Below, piece after piece: positions 1 to 8,388 of a DNA stretch of 41,845 bases. The translations under genes and the position numbers were made by a program. This stretch comes from a virus. Its lineage: Duplodnaviria > Caudoviricetes. Positions within the stretch are counted from its first letter, which is position 1. Each line of letters starts with the position of its first letter. The stretch covers positions 1 through 41,845 of the IMG/VR virus record IMGVR_UViG_3300012940_001438. One strand, written 5' to 3'. The notes below the pieces were generated by a model. The model was not told the DNA's origin, did no database searches, and saw only the letters and a list, made by a program, of their open reading frames with translations.

Positions 1-96
1 AATGGGGGGCGGCGCGGATACCTGCTGGCGCTCAATCCCCAGGTGCTGGTGGAACTGTTGCAGGCCAATGCGGTCAATGTCGCCAATGACGGTTGA
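1..96 (+). CDS. 3' end of host aminoacyl-tRNA deacylase (YbaK/EbsC family), partial
   Basis: Frame 1 reads NGGRRGYLLALNPQVLVELLQANAVNVANDG*; the NGGRRG motif is typical of the YbaK C-terminal region. Not in the ORF track. Confidence 0.7.
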   Translation, partial: NGGRRGYLLALNPQVLVELLQANAVNVANDG

Positions 97-282
97 GTTT
101 TGGCAACAGGGCAGGTAAAAAGAGCGTCTTTGCGCACAAAAAGGGGTTTATTTGGCCTCGCTACGCGCAGCGGTCGCACATCAAATTGTTGATTTCGCAT
201 ATAATGCCGGGTGCCCTGCGTCTGGATTCAGGTAGCGGCATATCGGCCACCCTGGTCGAAGATGACATCTGCAATATGCGTT

Positions 283-357
283 CTCGCCGTAGTTAAATGG
301 ATATAACCGACCCCTCCTAAGGGCCAATTACAGGTTCGATTCCTGTCGGCGAGGCCA
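283..357 (+). tRNA. tRNA-Arg (anticodon CCT); prophage integration target
   Basis: Acceptor stem CTCGCCG/CGGCGAG, D arm GTTA/TAAC, anticodon loop CTCCTAA (CCT at 316-318), T arm ACAGG-TTCGATT-CCTGT, encoded CCA end. Confidence 0.96.
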
Positions 358-462
358 GCATACTTTATGCGGTTAATCAAAATTATAAAAATACTGAAAA
401 ATCATAGCGTTATCGGTTCTGCTTTGGATTTGTTTTGTCTTTTTGGAATAGAATATGAGACA

Positions 463-505
463 AAACTACCCATCCACTACGCAAAATAAACCGAGAAACT
501 ACCCA
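463..505 (+). repeat. Direct repeats AAACTACCCA (463-472, 496-505) plus variant ACTACGCA (476-483); putative integrase arm-type sites
   Basis: Exact 10-bp repeats between the tRNA and the int start. Confidence 0.5.
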
Positions 506-509
506 CGCT

Positions 510-1514
510 ATGGCCAGCATACAAAAGACCAAGAACGGATTCCGGATCCAGTATTTTAATCGCGGGCAGAGATTGTCTGCGACCTTCTCCACGAAGCGTG
601 AATGCAAGGAATGGGAGGCTGCTCGGGAAGCTGAGGCAAAAATCCCGCCAGCCAAACGTATTACTTTTGCTGGGCTGCTGGATGAATATGAGAAAAAAGT
701 CACTGTAAATAAGGACTCCGCAGAAAATGAATCCAAGCGGATCAAGACGCTGAAGGAGCGCTACCCTGATTTGATGGCCAAATTGATTGGAGAGGTAGAT
801 AAAAACGACATTTCGACGTGGCGCGATAGCATGTATGAGCGGCCAAACGGACGGGGTGGGAAGGTAAAACAGTCATCTGTAGCAAGGTACTGGACAACAA
901 TGAACAATGCTTTTGAAGTTGCAATTACCGACTGGGGATGGTTGACATCGAATCCAATGAAAGGAGTAACGCGGCCGAAGGAAAGCCGGCACAGGGATCG
1001 GATAATTACAGCAGAGGAACGCGAGAAAATGCTGTTTGTGGTGAACTATAGTAGGGAAGGGAACGTTAACACTCTGGCAAAACTGGTCATCACGACGTTT
1101 TTATTTGCCTGGGAAACCGGCATGAGGGCTGGCGAAATAAGGAACCTCCAGTGGGCTGACATCGATGGTCGTATTGCCAGGCTTGAAGATGCGAAGACGG
1201 ATGCCGGGATCCGGAAGGTGCCCCTTTCCAAAGAGGCTGTACGCATTCTCGAACAGGTTAAAAAATCCAAACTGGACGAAGATCGGATTTTCCCTTTGAC
1301 AGCCAAACAGCTTGATTCCAATTTTAGAAAATACAGGAAAAAGGCTGGGCTGGCCGGCTTCACGTTCCACGATTCCCGCGCCACAGCCATTACTCATCTT
1401 TCGAAAAAGCTGGACATATTGGCGCTTGCCAAAGCCATCGGGCACAAGAACCTGGACATGTTGCTGGTGTATTACCGCGAGCCCATAGAGGACATCGCAG
1501 CTAGGCTTGATTAA
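510..1514 (+). CDS. int: Tyrosine recombinase / phage integrase
   Basis: Catalytic motifs TGMRAGE, K(T), FHDSRAT, IGH and YY; adjacent to the tRNA. Confidence 0.96.
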   Translation: MASIQKTKNGFRIQYFNRGQRLSATFSTKRECKEWEAAREAEAKIPPAKRITFAGLLDEYEKKVTVNKDSAENESKRIKTLKERYPDLMAKLIGEVDKNDISTWRDSMYERPNGRGGKVKQSSVARYWTTMNNAFEVAITDWGWLTSNPMKGVTRPKESRHRDRIITAEEREKMLFVVNYSREGNVNTLAKLVITTFLFAWETGMRAGEIRNLQWADIDGRIARLEDAKTDAGIRKVPLSKEAVRILEQVKKSKLDEDRIFPLTAKQLDSNFRKYRKKAGLAGFTFHDSRATAITHLSKKLDILALAKAIGHKNLDMLLVYYREPIEDIAARLD

Positions 1515-1746
1515 GGTATCTGCGGATCTCCGCACCGGTGATTTTGCCGTCAACAGATTTGATCTTACGTTCGGCAATACGTTTATTTAGGGTAGGCAGG
1601 CTCATGCGTAGTCGTTTGCACGCATCTTCTTTGTTGTAGATGGCAAGATTCTCAAACACAATATTGCCTGCCTGCTCACCGCCAAGCCTGGCGGCGCGAA
1701 CCAATAGACGCTCCAGAGCGGCCGCATCAAGAGTTATTGTTTCCAT
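1501..1746 (-). CDS. Excisionase-like HTH DNA-binding protein
   Basis: ATG at 1746 follows GGAG; YNKEDACKRLRMSLPTLNKRIAERKI is a MerR/Xis-like HTH; convergent with int. Confidence 0.7.
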   Translation of the reverse strand: METITLDAAALERLLVRAARLGGEQAGNIVFENLAIYNKEDACKRLRMSLPTLNKRIAERKIKSVDGKITGAEIRRYLNQA

Positions 1747-1826
1747 TCTATTTCTCCGTATTCGCCACGATGGGCAGATTCCAATATTTCGCAGTTGTTT
1801 CCAGCATGCGGCGCACATGATCAGGA

Positions 1827-2123
1827 TCAAAAGAAGTTATCATCGGCATATCTCGATTCGATAAATGGATAGCCTGCGGGCTCGCCTTTCAATTCAATCA
1901 CAACAGGACCAGATAGCATATTGCCGGTCATTTTTCCGTCGAGCGTGGCTCGCTCATGGGGTCGTAAGTTGCTCCATTTGGCGATTACATATCCGCCGAC
2001 CATCAGCCCGCGTGGCTGATCGCGTTCCATTGCCCCATAAGCGATATCATGATTTTCACACCACGCCTCGGCTTCACGGCAGGCCTCAAAATTGCAGCCT
2101 GGGTTATCAAAGATCAGTTTCAT
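1827..2123 (-). CDS. Phage hypothetical protein
   Basis: Start MKLIFDNPG after an SD-like GGAAAGG; part of the leftward operon. Confidence 0.7.
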   Translation of the reverse strand: MKLIFDNPGCNFEACREAEAWCENHDIAYGAMERDQPRGLMVGGYVIAKWSNLRPHERATLDGKMTGNMLSGPVVIELKGEPAGYPFIESRYADDNFF

Positions 2124-2173
2124 TACCTTTCCTATTTCCAATATTTTGGAGACACATCGAGTCTTGTCTTCTT

Positions 2174-2503
2174 TCAATATGGTGGCTCTCCTTCATAGGG
2201 TCCAACTGAATCTGCGGCCGCCTGGACGATTGCTAGGCGCATGGCGGCATGTACGTCATCGCCAGTTTGAAAGTAGATCCCATTGACCGACCTGTCGGTA
2301 AAGTCAAGCAGGTATCCCATCTTCCCGGCGAGCCAGAAGGCGTCGCCGTTGTTTTCGAGTGGCATCCATGACTTTTGACCTTCACCGAAGTCAGCAAGAA
2401 AACCATAGTCGTCTTCATCCCAGGATGGATTTTTCACCCACCAGCAGCTAATACAACCGGCTGCTTCTGCAGCCCGCGTAAGCAATAATTCTGTGTTTTT
2501 CAT
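2174..2503 (-). CDS. Conserved phage hypothetical protein (paralog of 4093-4452)
   Basis: ATGA-coupled start MKNTELLLTRAAEAAG; contains WMPLENNGDAFWLA and AMRLAIVQAAA. Confidence 0.75.
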   Translation of the reverse strand: MKNTELLLTRAAEAAGCISCWWVKNPSWDEDDYGFLADFGEGQKSWMPLENNGDAFWLAGKMGYLLDFTDRSVNGIYFQTGDDVHAAMRLAIVQAAADSVGPYEGEPPY

Positions 2504-2718
2504 TCTGGCTGCCTCCTGCCTTCCGGCGGAAACGTCTGGTGTTTGTTGATCTGGTCTGCAATTTCCGATGCAGAATCTCGGGCCTCGATTACCTTCCCAT
2601 CGAAGGTGCGAACATAGCAAGCAATGCCGTGCCAGTTGGGCCCTGCCTCAGTAATGCGAGCAATTGCTAGCGGGGAAATATAGTGTGCGCGACCGTCAAA
2701 GTCCGTGAGTTTAATCAT
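2500..2718 (-). CDS. Small FlbD/SwrD-like protein
   Basis: MIKLTDFDGRAHYISPLAIARITEA...DGKVIEARDSASEIADQI follows the FlbD-like pattern; ATGA-coupled on both sides. Confidence 0.55.
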   Translation of the reverse strand: MIKLTDFDGRAHYISPLAIARITEAGPNWHGIACYVRTFDGKVIEARDSASEIADQINKHQTFPPEGRRQPE

Positions 2719-3032
2719 GATGCCTCCCGCTCAAGTAGTATTTGTGGCTGGACCAAGTTTTGCAGAACGTTAACCTGCGCCCTCAAGGCTTCCATGCTGC
2801 CGTGAAGGTTAATTTCGATGCCTTGCATCAAGTGGACCAATTCATGCAGCAGGCCATCATCCTCTATCGCATGGTGCGAAGCTACAGGATTGCGTATCAA
2901 GCTTAGACAGAGCATGCAGCCGTGTAGGCACCTGGTCCAGTCCTGCCGATCCCAGCATTCAAGGGGCGATTCGCCCGTCTTCCAGCCGGAGAATGTGTAT
3001 CTGTTCCCGGACGATGTGCGGTATTCGATCAT
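2715..3032 (-). CDS. Phage hypothetical protein
   Basis: ATGA-coupled ORF in the early operon. Confidence 0.7.
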   Translation of the reverse strand: MIEYRTSSGNRYTFSGWKTGESPLECWDRQDWTRCLHGCMLCLSLIRNPVASHHAIEDDGLLHELVHLMQGIEINLHGSMEALRAQVNVLQNLVQPQILLEREAS

Positions 3033-3394
3033 GAGGACCCCCGATCAGCTTGCGCGGCTTCCACCCATTCAGGGTTTTGACGTCGCCATTCGCCCCACGA
3101 TTCATCGGTCAATTTGTGAGTGATCCAGCCTTGAACATCGCCTTTAGCGGCAAACGGCTTTCTGATTCGCGGCGAGCAGCGGCAGCATAGCTGGGGTAGC
3201 TTTGCATGGAGGAACAGGTGCTTTGAGCAGAAATACAATCCGCAGCCTCGGTCACCGCCGTAGGGCTCACCGCCGCAAACGTAGCTCAAACCGCGATCGA
3301 TATGCTCATTGCAATCGGGGTGATCACAAATCGCCGGTACACCATAGCCGATATCACGCTGCCATTTACTATCGAATCCTAATGACCAGCTCAT
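3029..3394 (-). CDS. Cys/His-rich (probably zinc-binding) phage protein
   Basis: RDIGYGVPAICDHPDC...YVCG...CGLYFCSKH...CCRC; ATGA-coupled. Confidence 0.8.
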   Translation of the reverse strand: MSWSLGFDSKWQRDIGYGVPAICDHPDCNEHIDRGLSYVCGGEPYGGDRGCGLYFCSKHLFLHAKLPQLCCRCSPRIRKPFAAKGDVQGWITHKLTDESWGEWRRQNPEWVEAAQADRGSS

Positions 3395-3675
3395 GGTTTG
3401 TCTCCGAAATTTTTCAACTGATCAACATAAGCTTTGTTCAAAGCGATATATTCATCATGTGTCGGGCCGTCATTCTGAGTGTAGGAATACTGATATCCAC
3501 TGCTTACACCGCCGCTGACGCCGGTGGACAGTTCGCCGCGCATGATTTGCTGCCCAATGGATTCCAGTGACTGCGCCATTTCCTCCGGGGTATCGGCCTG
3601 CATATCAAGCACCAAACGACAGGCTCTGACGGGTGGGATCAAATTACTATTGGTATTGGAGTTTTCGGCGTTCAT
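3391..3675 (-). CDS. Phage hypothetical protein
   Basis: ATGA-coupled ORF. Confidence 0.7.
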   Translation of the reverse strand: MNAENSNTNSNLIPPVRACRLVLDMQADTPEEMAQSLESIGQQIMRGELSTGVSGGVSSGYQYSYTQNDGPTHDEYIALNKAYVDQLKNFGDKP

Positions 3676-4082
3676 TCGACGAGCTCCTTCAGCGCTTTGG
3701 TGCTACCCTCAAAATCTACATTTGGAATAATCGATTGCGGCTTGAATATCACCCTGTAGTGATACGTGCTGACCTTCGCGGCATCCAGCTGCTCAGCAAA
3801 GAATGTTACGTTGTCGGATAGCCCTAGGAAGTGCTTTTTGTACTGGTCGGGCCCAGTCTTGCAGATCACGAAAAACGTTCTGCCGCTCTGGCTCGTATCG
3901 ATCGAGCAACGGCCCTCGATTGTGAGCATGTATTTATCCGTGATGCCGTTATAGAACACGATGCGGCGATTGATTTCCATCATGTCAGCAGCTTTGGACA
4001 GGTTGCGCGACGCTATGGTGGCGTCTGTATTGCAGCCGGCGAGCAGGATAGGGGCGATCAGTATGGGTAATAATTTCTTCAT
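3672..4082 (-). CDS. Conserved phage lipoprotein
   Basis: Signal peptide MKKLLPILIAPILLAG-C (lipobox); AGGA SD. Confidence 0.85.
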   Translation of the reverse strand: MKKLLPILIAPILLAGCNTDATIASRNLSKAADMMEINRRIVFYNGITDKYMLTIEGRCSIDTSQSGRTFFVICKTGPDQYKKHFLGLSDNVTFFAEQLDAAKVSTYHYRVIFKPQSIIPNVDFEGSTKALKELVE

Positions 4083-4092
4083 GAATATTCCT

Positions 4093-4452
4093 TCAATTTG
4101 CGGCTTTTAACGCTCTGCCGATCTGTGCAGCTGCGTCGAGAATGGTGTAGCGAATGGCGGCAAGTACATCGTCAGGAGTGGTCGAGTTCATTGCGTTAAT
4201 GGTGATCGATGTGATTTGCGGCTCTCCAGCGACCAGAAAGGAGATATACAATTCTGCGTTCTGTTCGTCTGCTTGGATCTGAATCATGCAGTCCAGAGCG
4301 AGTTGGGCGGCGTCCTCGCTGTCTACTTCTGGGCGCCACGGCAGTCCGGTCTCGCGATGCCGGAAACATTCCTGGCCTCGGTCCCATACAAGTTTGTAGC
4401 CGGCAGCCACTGCGGCGAGCTCCTGTTGAGCGCAGGTTTCTTGGTCAATCAT
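4093..4452 (-). CDS. Conserved phage hypothetical protein (paralog of 2174-2503)
   Basis: ATGA-coupled to the MTase stop; ELAAVAAG...WRPEVDSEDAAQLA...AIRYTILDAAAQIG. Confidence 0.75.
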   Translation of the reverse strand: MIDQETCAQQELAAVAAGYKLVWDRGQECFRHRETGLPWRPEVDSEDAAQLALDCMIQIQADEQNAELYISFLVAGEPQITSITINAMNSTTPDDVLAAIRYTILDAAAQIGRALKAAN

Positions 4453-6203
4453 GCAATTTTCCTCATAATCTGCTGCTCGCTGTAGTTGGCAGCGACAATG
4501 GCCTGCGCCAGCGGCGGGCATACACTGTTACCGCACATGCGCACCTGGGCCGTCTTAGTCAGTGGCGTGCCGTCAGTTTTCCGGTCGATAATGTAGTTTT
4601 CCGGGAAGCCCTGGGCGCGGTACAACTCACGAGGTGTCAGCATGCGCAGGCCAATATCCACTATTTGGTAGTCGATGCCGTGGACCGTGACCAGGCCGAA
4701 GCGGTGCTTCGTGGTGACCGTGTGCAAAGGTTCATTCAGTTGCGGATCCTGATCGGTGCCGTAGTACTTGAGCAGGAATGCGCGGACCTCGCCGACATGT
4801 CCGCCGCCGGCAGTTAAGGTCGGCATCGGTTCTTCGACGCTCTGGCCGTACTGGTTATTGCGCAGTTTGACCAAATGGCTTGTGACCAGACCCATGGTGT
4901 TGCCCGTGGATGCGCGCTTGGGTGTTCCGCCTGCGGTAACAGTATGCAGCGGCTCATCCAACGAGGTGCCTACGCTGCCCACGCGGAACTTTGTGACGTG
5001 AGCAGTGATCAGACTGTGATGATCTACACTGGTCACTGTCCCGATAGGGTCATCCAGATCGCTGCCTACCACGCCGGTATAGTGCTTGGCGAGGAAGGCC
5101 GTGACGACGGATGCGCGGCTGTCGGCTGTGATAGTATTCAAGGGGGCTTCGGCGCTACGAGCCTTTTGGCTGTATGCAGGACCGCTTGTGGCCGCCATGA
5201 ATGCAGCGACAACGGCATGTTTTTGTGTGCCGACTACGGTACCCAGTGGCTTGTCCAAGCCAGGCACGCGCGGTGATTGTCCGGCGCGTTCTCCGTAACC
5301 TGTTTGAATCAAAGTCGGCATTACAACTGCGTGATGCCCGCCCTTTGGATTGGCCGTTACTGTCGAAAGTGGGGCGTCGGCTGATCGCATGCTTTCGCCG
5401 GACCAATTGGCGATGCTTACAATGAACGGATTCGCTGAATCCACCACATATCGCATGACGCCCTTGGCTATACGCCGGCATGTTGCCTCTGCCAGGGGCC
5501 GAGTGCGCTCAAATATAGACGGACAAGCGATAGACCAGTCGATAATCTCCGACGCAGGCACCCAGCCTTTCTGACCTTTGGCCGGTTTTGCGAAATGGGA
5601 CTGCTCAGGCCAGACAATCGGCAGGCCATCGCAGCGCGCCACCATGAAGAACCGTTTGCGGATGGTAGGTGTGCCGTAATCGCACGCGCGCAGCTCTTTA
5701 TGCTCTATACGGTAGCCCAGCGTTTTCAATTGGTTCTGCCATAGCCGGAAAGTCTCGCCTTTGCGCACCGGGCATGGCATGCCATCATCTGTCAGCGGGC
5801 CCCATGTCTGGAACTCCTCGACGTTCTCCAGAACGATGACGCGAGGCCGGACGGCCTTGGCCCACTTTACGACCACCCATGCCAGACCACGGATGCGCTT
5901 AGAAACAGGCTTGCCGCCTTTGGCCTTGCTGAAATGTTTGCAGTCTGGGCTGGCCCAAAGCAGGCCGACGGGCATGCCCCGCGTCGCCATGAGAGGGTTG
6001 ATCTCAAAAACGTCGGTGACGTAGTGCTGTGTCTGCGGGTGATTCACCGAATGCAGTGCGACAGCCTCCGGGTCGTGGTTCACTGCGATATCTACCGGCC
6101 GGCCAATGGCTTGCTCGATGCCGGTGGAAGCGCCGCCGCCGCCGGCGAACAGATCTACAACAAGTTCACTATGTAGTTCTAGGGTATATTGTGGATTCAG
6201 CAT
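4449..6203 (-). CDS. Orphan DNA (cytosine-5) methyltransferase with a repeat-expanded variable region
   Basis: Motif I DLFAGGGG, motif IV ASPDC, motif VI ENV, motif VIII RKRFF, motif X CGNSV; no cognate nuclease nearby. Confidence 0.95.
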   Translation of the reverse strand: MLNPQYTLELHSELVVDLFAGGGGASTGIEQAIGRPVDIAVNHDPEAVALHSVNHPQTQHYVTDVFEINPLMATRGMPVGLLWASPDCKHFSKAKGGKPVSKRIRGLAWVVVKWAKAVRPRVIVLENVEEFQTWGPLTDDGMPCPVRKGETFRLWQNQLKTLGYRIEHKELRACDYGTPTIRKRFFMVARCDGLPIVWPEQSHFAKPAKGQKGWVPASEIIDWSIACPSIFERTRPLAEATCRRIAKGVMRYVVDSANPFIVSIANWSGESMRSADAPLSTVTANPKGGHHAVVMPTLIQTGYGERAGQSPRVPGLDKPLGTVVGTQKHAVVAAFMAATSGPAYSQKARSAEAPLNTITADSRASVVTAFLAKHYTGVVGSDLDDPIGTVTSVDHHSLITAHVTKFRVGSVGTSLDEPLHTVTAGGTPKRASTGNTMGLVTSHLVKLRNNQYGQSVEEPMPTLTAGGGHVGEVRAFLLKYYGTDQDPQLNEPLHTVTTKHRFGLVTVHGIDYQIVDIGLRMLTPRELYRAQGFPENYIIDRKTDGTPLTKTAQVRMCGNSVCPPLAQAIVAANYSEQQIMRKIA

Positions 6204-6241
6204 ATTCAAAACCTATGACTTCACACTCGGTGAAATACTGG

Positions 6242-6346
6242 CTACCGGCCAACACGGCGGCGAGCTACGAGCTCAATGAATGGGATAAAAAGGAGGGCGG
6301 TGATCATGACGCATGCCATCCAAAGAAAAGGTGCATATGCGTTCAT
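6242..6346 (-). CDS. 34-aa single-TM membrane peptide (not in ORF track)
   Basis: MNAYAPFLWMACVMITALLFIPFIELVARRRVGR*; ATGA overlap with the upstream stop. Confidence 0.6.
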   Translation of the reverse strand: MNAYAPFLWMACVMITALLFIPFIELVARRRVGR

Positions 6347-6549
6347 CGGCGGCGCTCTCGAATAAAGCGCACAATGTCGTCTCCGCTATTAATAGGACCG
6401 TAGATAGCAATGCCGCAATCGTGCCCGATGTCTTCCAGCAAATTTGCTAGACGCTTACGGTCCTTGATCTCTGTTTTCAGATCGTGGCGCGGTAGCTGAT
6501 GACGGACATGAACGAGTACGAGCTGCTCAATTGTCTGGACGGGAATCAT
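6343..6549 (-). CDS. Phage hypothetical protein
   Basis: GAGG SD; ATGA-coupled. Confidence 0.65.
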   Translation of the reverse strand: MIPVQTIEQLVLVHVRHQLPRHDLKTEIKDRKRLANLLEDIGHDCGIAIYGPINSGDDIVRFIRERRR

Positions 6550-6701
6550 AGGTACCCCTCATATTCGCGGCCACTCAATCCGAACATGATTAATGCAACA
6601 AATGCCACGACGCCGGCAAGATAAAGCACTGCCAGCCAGCTCCAAAGCGCCAAAAGAATGCATGCTGCGAAAGCCAGCAAGGTGTACAGGGCAATTTTCA
6701 T
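6546..6701 (-). CDS. 51-aa hydrophobic membrane protein (not in ORF track)
   Basis: MKIALYTLLAFAACILLALWSWLAVLYLAGVVAFVALIMFGLSGREYEGYL*; ATGA overlaps at both ends. Confidence 0.7.
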   Translation of the reverse strand: MKIALYTLLAFAACILLALWSWLAVLYLAGVVAFVALIMFGLSGREYEGYL

Positions 6702-7084
6702 TTCAGTTTCCCCTCGCTGTACATATGTACTTTGTCGATCAGTGCGCGATCCGCTGGGGGGATTGCAAGCCAGACCAAGTGTTGCTGCGGCTGAGTTCCG
6801 CTATACAGCACCAGCCAGGTGTGGTTGTCCTGGATCTTGTAAGCGAAGGCGCCGTCCGGTTTTTGGTTAAGAATTAGTCGCAAAGAACGTTGGGCGGTCA
6901 GTGCTCGTATTTGCCCTTCGGAAATCGGTTGTGAGAGGTCGCCGATTTTCAACATTGGGGCGACATACGCCAAGTCGTCGGTGATACTGCTTTTGGAAAT
7001 CAGCTTGGATTCGTCCTTCATGGCCTCTTCGGCCTGGCTCAGTCCGAGCCCGTGACTTGGGATCAGGTTTGCGGTGTTTTCCAT
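6698..7084 (-). CDS. Phage hypothetical protein
   Basis: ORF contiguous in the operon, with GAGG SD. Confidence 0.65.
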   Translation of the reverse strand: MENTANLIPSHGLGLSQAEEAMKDESKLISKSSITDDLAYVAPMLKIGDLSQPISEGQIRALTAQRSLRLILNQKPDGAFAYKIQDNHTWLVLYSGTQPQQHLVWLAIPPADRALIDKVHMYSEGKLK

Positions 7085-7085
7085 T

Positions 7086-7490
7086 TCAATTCCTCAACAT
7101 GTCTTTAACGACATTGACGGCTGTCAGCTCGGCATTACACAAATAGGCCAGATCCAGCCGTGGCAACACTTCGTCGATCACATTCACTCCAATACGGATT
7201 GGTTCAATCAGACGGGCGGGCAGCTGCACGCCTGCAGCGATCAATGGCCGGGCTTCGTCCAGTGCCCGGGTGGCGCCGCCGTATATGTCCAGCTCGCGTT
7301 CAAACCGCTTGTCATTGAGCATGGCCACGGACATCATGTTGAAAGAATCCACCAGGCGATTGAATGCATCTACATCGGGTGTGGCCTTGATCACTTCATA
7401 GGCCAGGCGCGCATCAAGGGCCACGGTGCCGCGCAAGCCCGTAATGGGTATCCTGATTGCACGAGGTTTGCGTGGGCACCGTTTTCTCAT
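7086..7490 (-). CDS. Phage hypothetical protein (basic N-terminus, helical)
   Basis: MRKRCPRKPRAIRIP start with AGGA SD. Confidence 0.75.
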   Translation of the reverse strand: MRKRCPRKPRAIRIPITGLRGTVALDARLAYEVIKATPDVDAFNRLVDSFNMMSVAMLNDKRFERELDIYGGATRALDEARPLIAAGVQLPARLIEPIRIGVNVIDEVLPRLDLAYLCNAELTAVNVVKDMLRN

Positions 7491-7499
7491 GGCCTGTCC

Positions 7500-8378
7500 T
7501 TAAACCTCGGTGTTGTTCTGAACAAACAACGGATTGATGCTCGTCAGCTCGTGCACTTTGGCGAGCAGCTTGGTCACTGCGTCGTCGACAGTCAGATCTG
7601 GCCGGACCAATTCATACCAGAGAGCCAGGGCACCAGAGCGTTGCCGATAGCGCAGGCGGGCTTCCAGGACATATCCGGCGTCTTGCCAGAACACCGGGAT
7701 TCCAATTGCAAACCGATTGAAAGCCTCCATGCGTTCGGCGGTCGCCTGGTCGTCGTTATCGACGAAGGTCAGTGCTGTGCCGCCAGATTGAATGCGGACC
7801 GCAGACTTGAAATTTTTGTCCGAATTGATTTCGAGGTTTTTAGCCAGCTCCAGCATCTGAATGCCAGTCGGCCACTTGCTTTCAGGTGAATGGATATCCT
7901 TGTTGTTGTCTTCAAGGAAAATGGCGAAGTCCAGTTGCCCAAATGGTTCCCGGCTGGATTTGTTCCAGGTTCCCCACTCATATGATGGCAGTGGAATGAA
8001 TTCAGCTCTGAAGTCGCGCCAGCCGGCCTGGCTGCCTGTGGCTTCCGCCGGTTGGTGCTCGTTGAAAATAGCGATAATGCGAAGTGGCATCTTGGCGCTG
8101 TGGTGATCTACCATCGCATACAAGCGTGTTTCGTCCGTTTTGTGCAGATTAACGAACTCTGCAAAAGACTCAGCTGTGGTAAAGCGGATATTGCCGGATT
8201 TGCGATAGGGCGCGGGCTGTAGCCGCTCCAAATCCGAGTCGTTATGGAGCGTGAACCCTTTTGGTACGGCGATCAGGTGGCCGCGTTCAGTGCCTGACGC
8301 AATTGTCACAGGTTTCTGTGCGATTTTTGCGACCGTCTCGGCAAGGTTCTCTGTAGATGTGCTGGTGAGTTCGTTCAA
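7500..8378 (-). CDS. YfdQ / DUF2303 family protein
   Basis: ESFAEFVN...GWRDFRA...W...FGQLDFAIFLEDN...IPVF...LEARLRYR...LWYEL pattern; TTG start with AGGAG SD. Confidence 0.85.
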   Translation of the reverse strand: MNELTSTSTENLAETVAKIAQKPVTIASGTERGHLIAVPKGFTLHNDSDLERLQPAPYRKSGNIRFTTAESFAEFVNLHKTDETRLYAMVDHHSAKMPLRIIAIFNEHQPAEATGSQAGWRDFRAEFIPLPSYEWGTWNKSSREPFGQLDFAIFLEDNNKDIHSPESKWPTGIQMLELAKNLEINSDKNFKSAVRIQSGGTALTFVDNDDQATAERMEAFNRFAIGIPVFWQDAGYVLEARLRYRQRSGALALWYELVRPDLTVDDAVTKLLAKVHELTSINPLFVQNNTEV

Positions 8379-8388
8379 GATTTACTCC

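Noticed and set aside
4449-6203. Methyltransferase as part of a restriction-modification system
   Set aside because: No adjacent endonuclease; it sits in the early lytic operon, as is typical of orphan phage MTases.
7074-7889. 271-aa plus-strand ORF
   Set aside because: Antisense shadow of the DUF2303 gene and its neighbour; no motifs.
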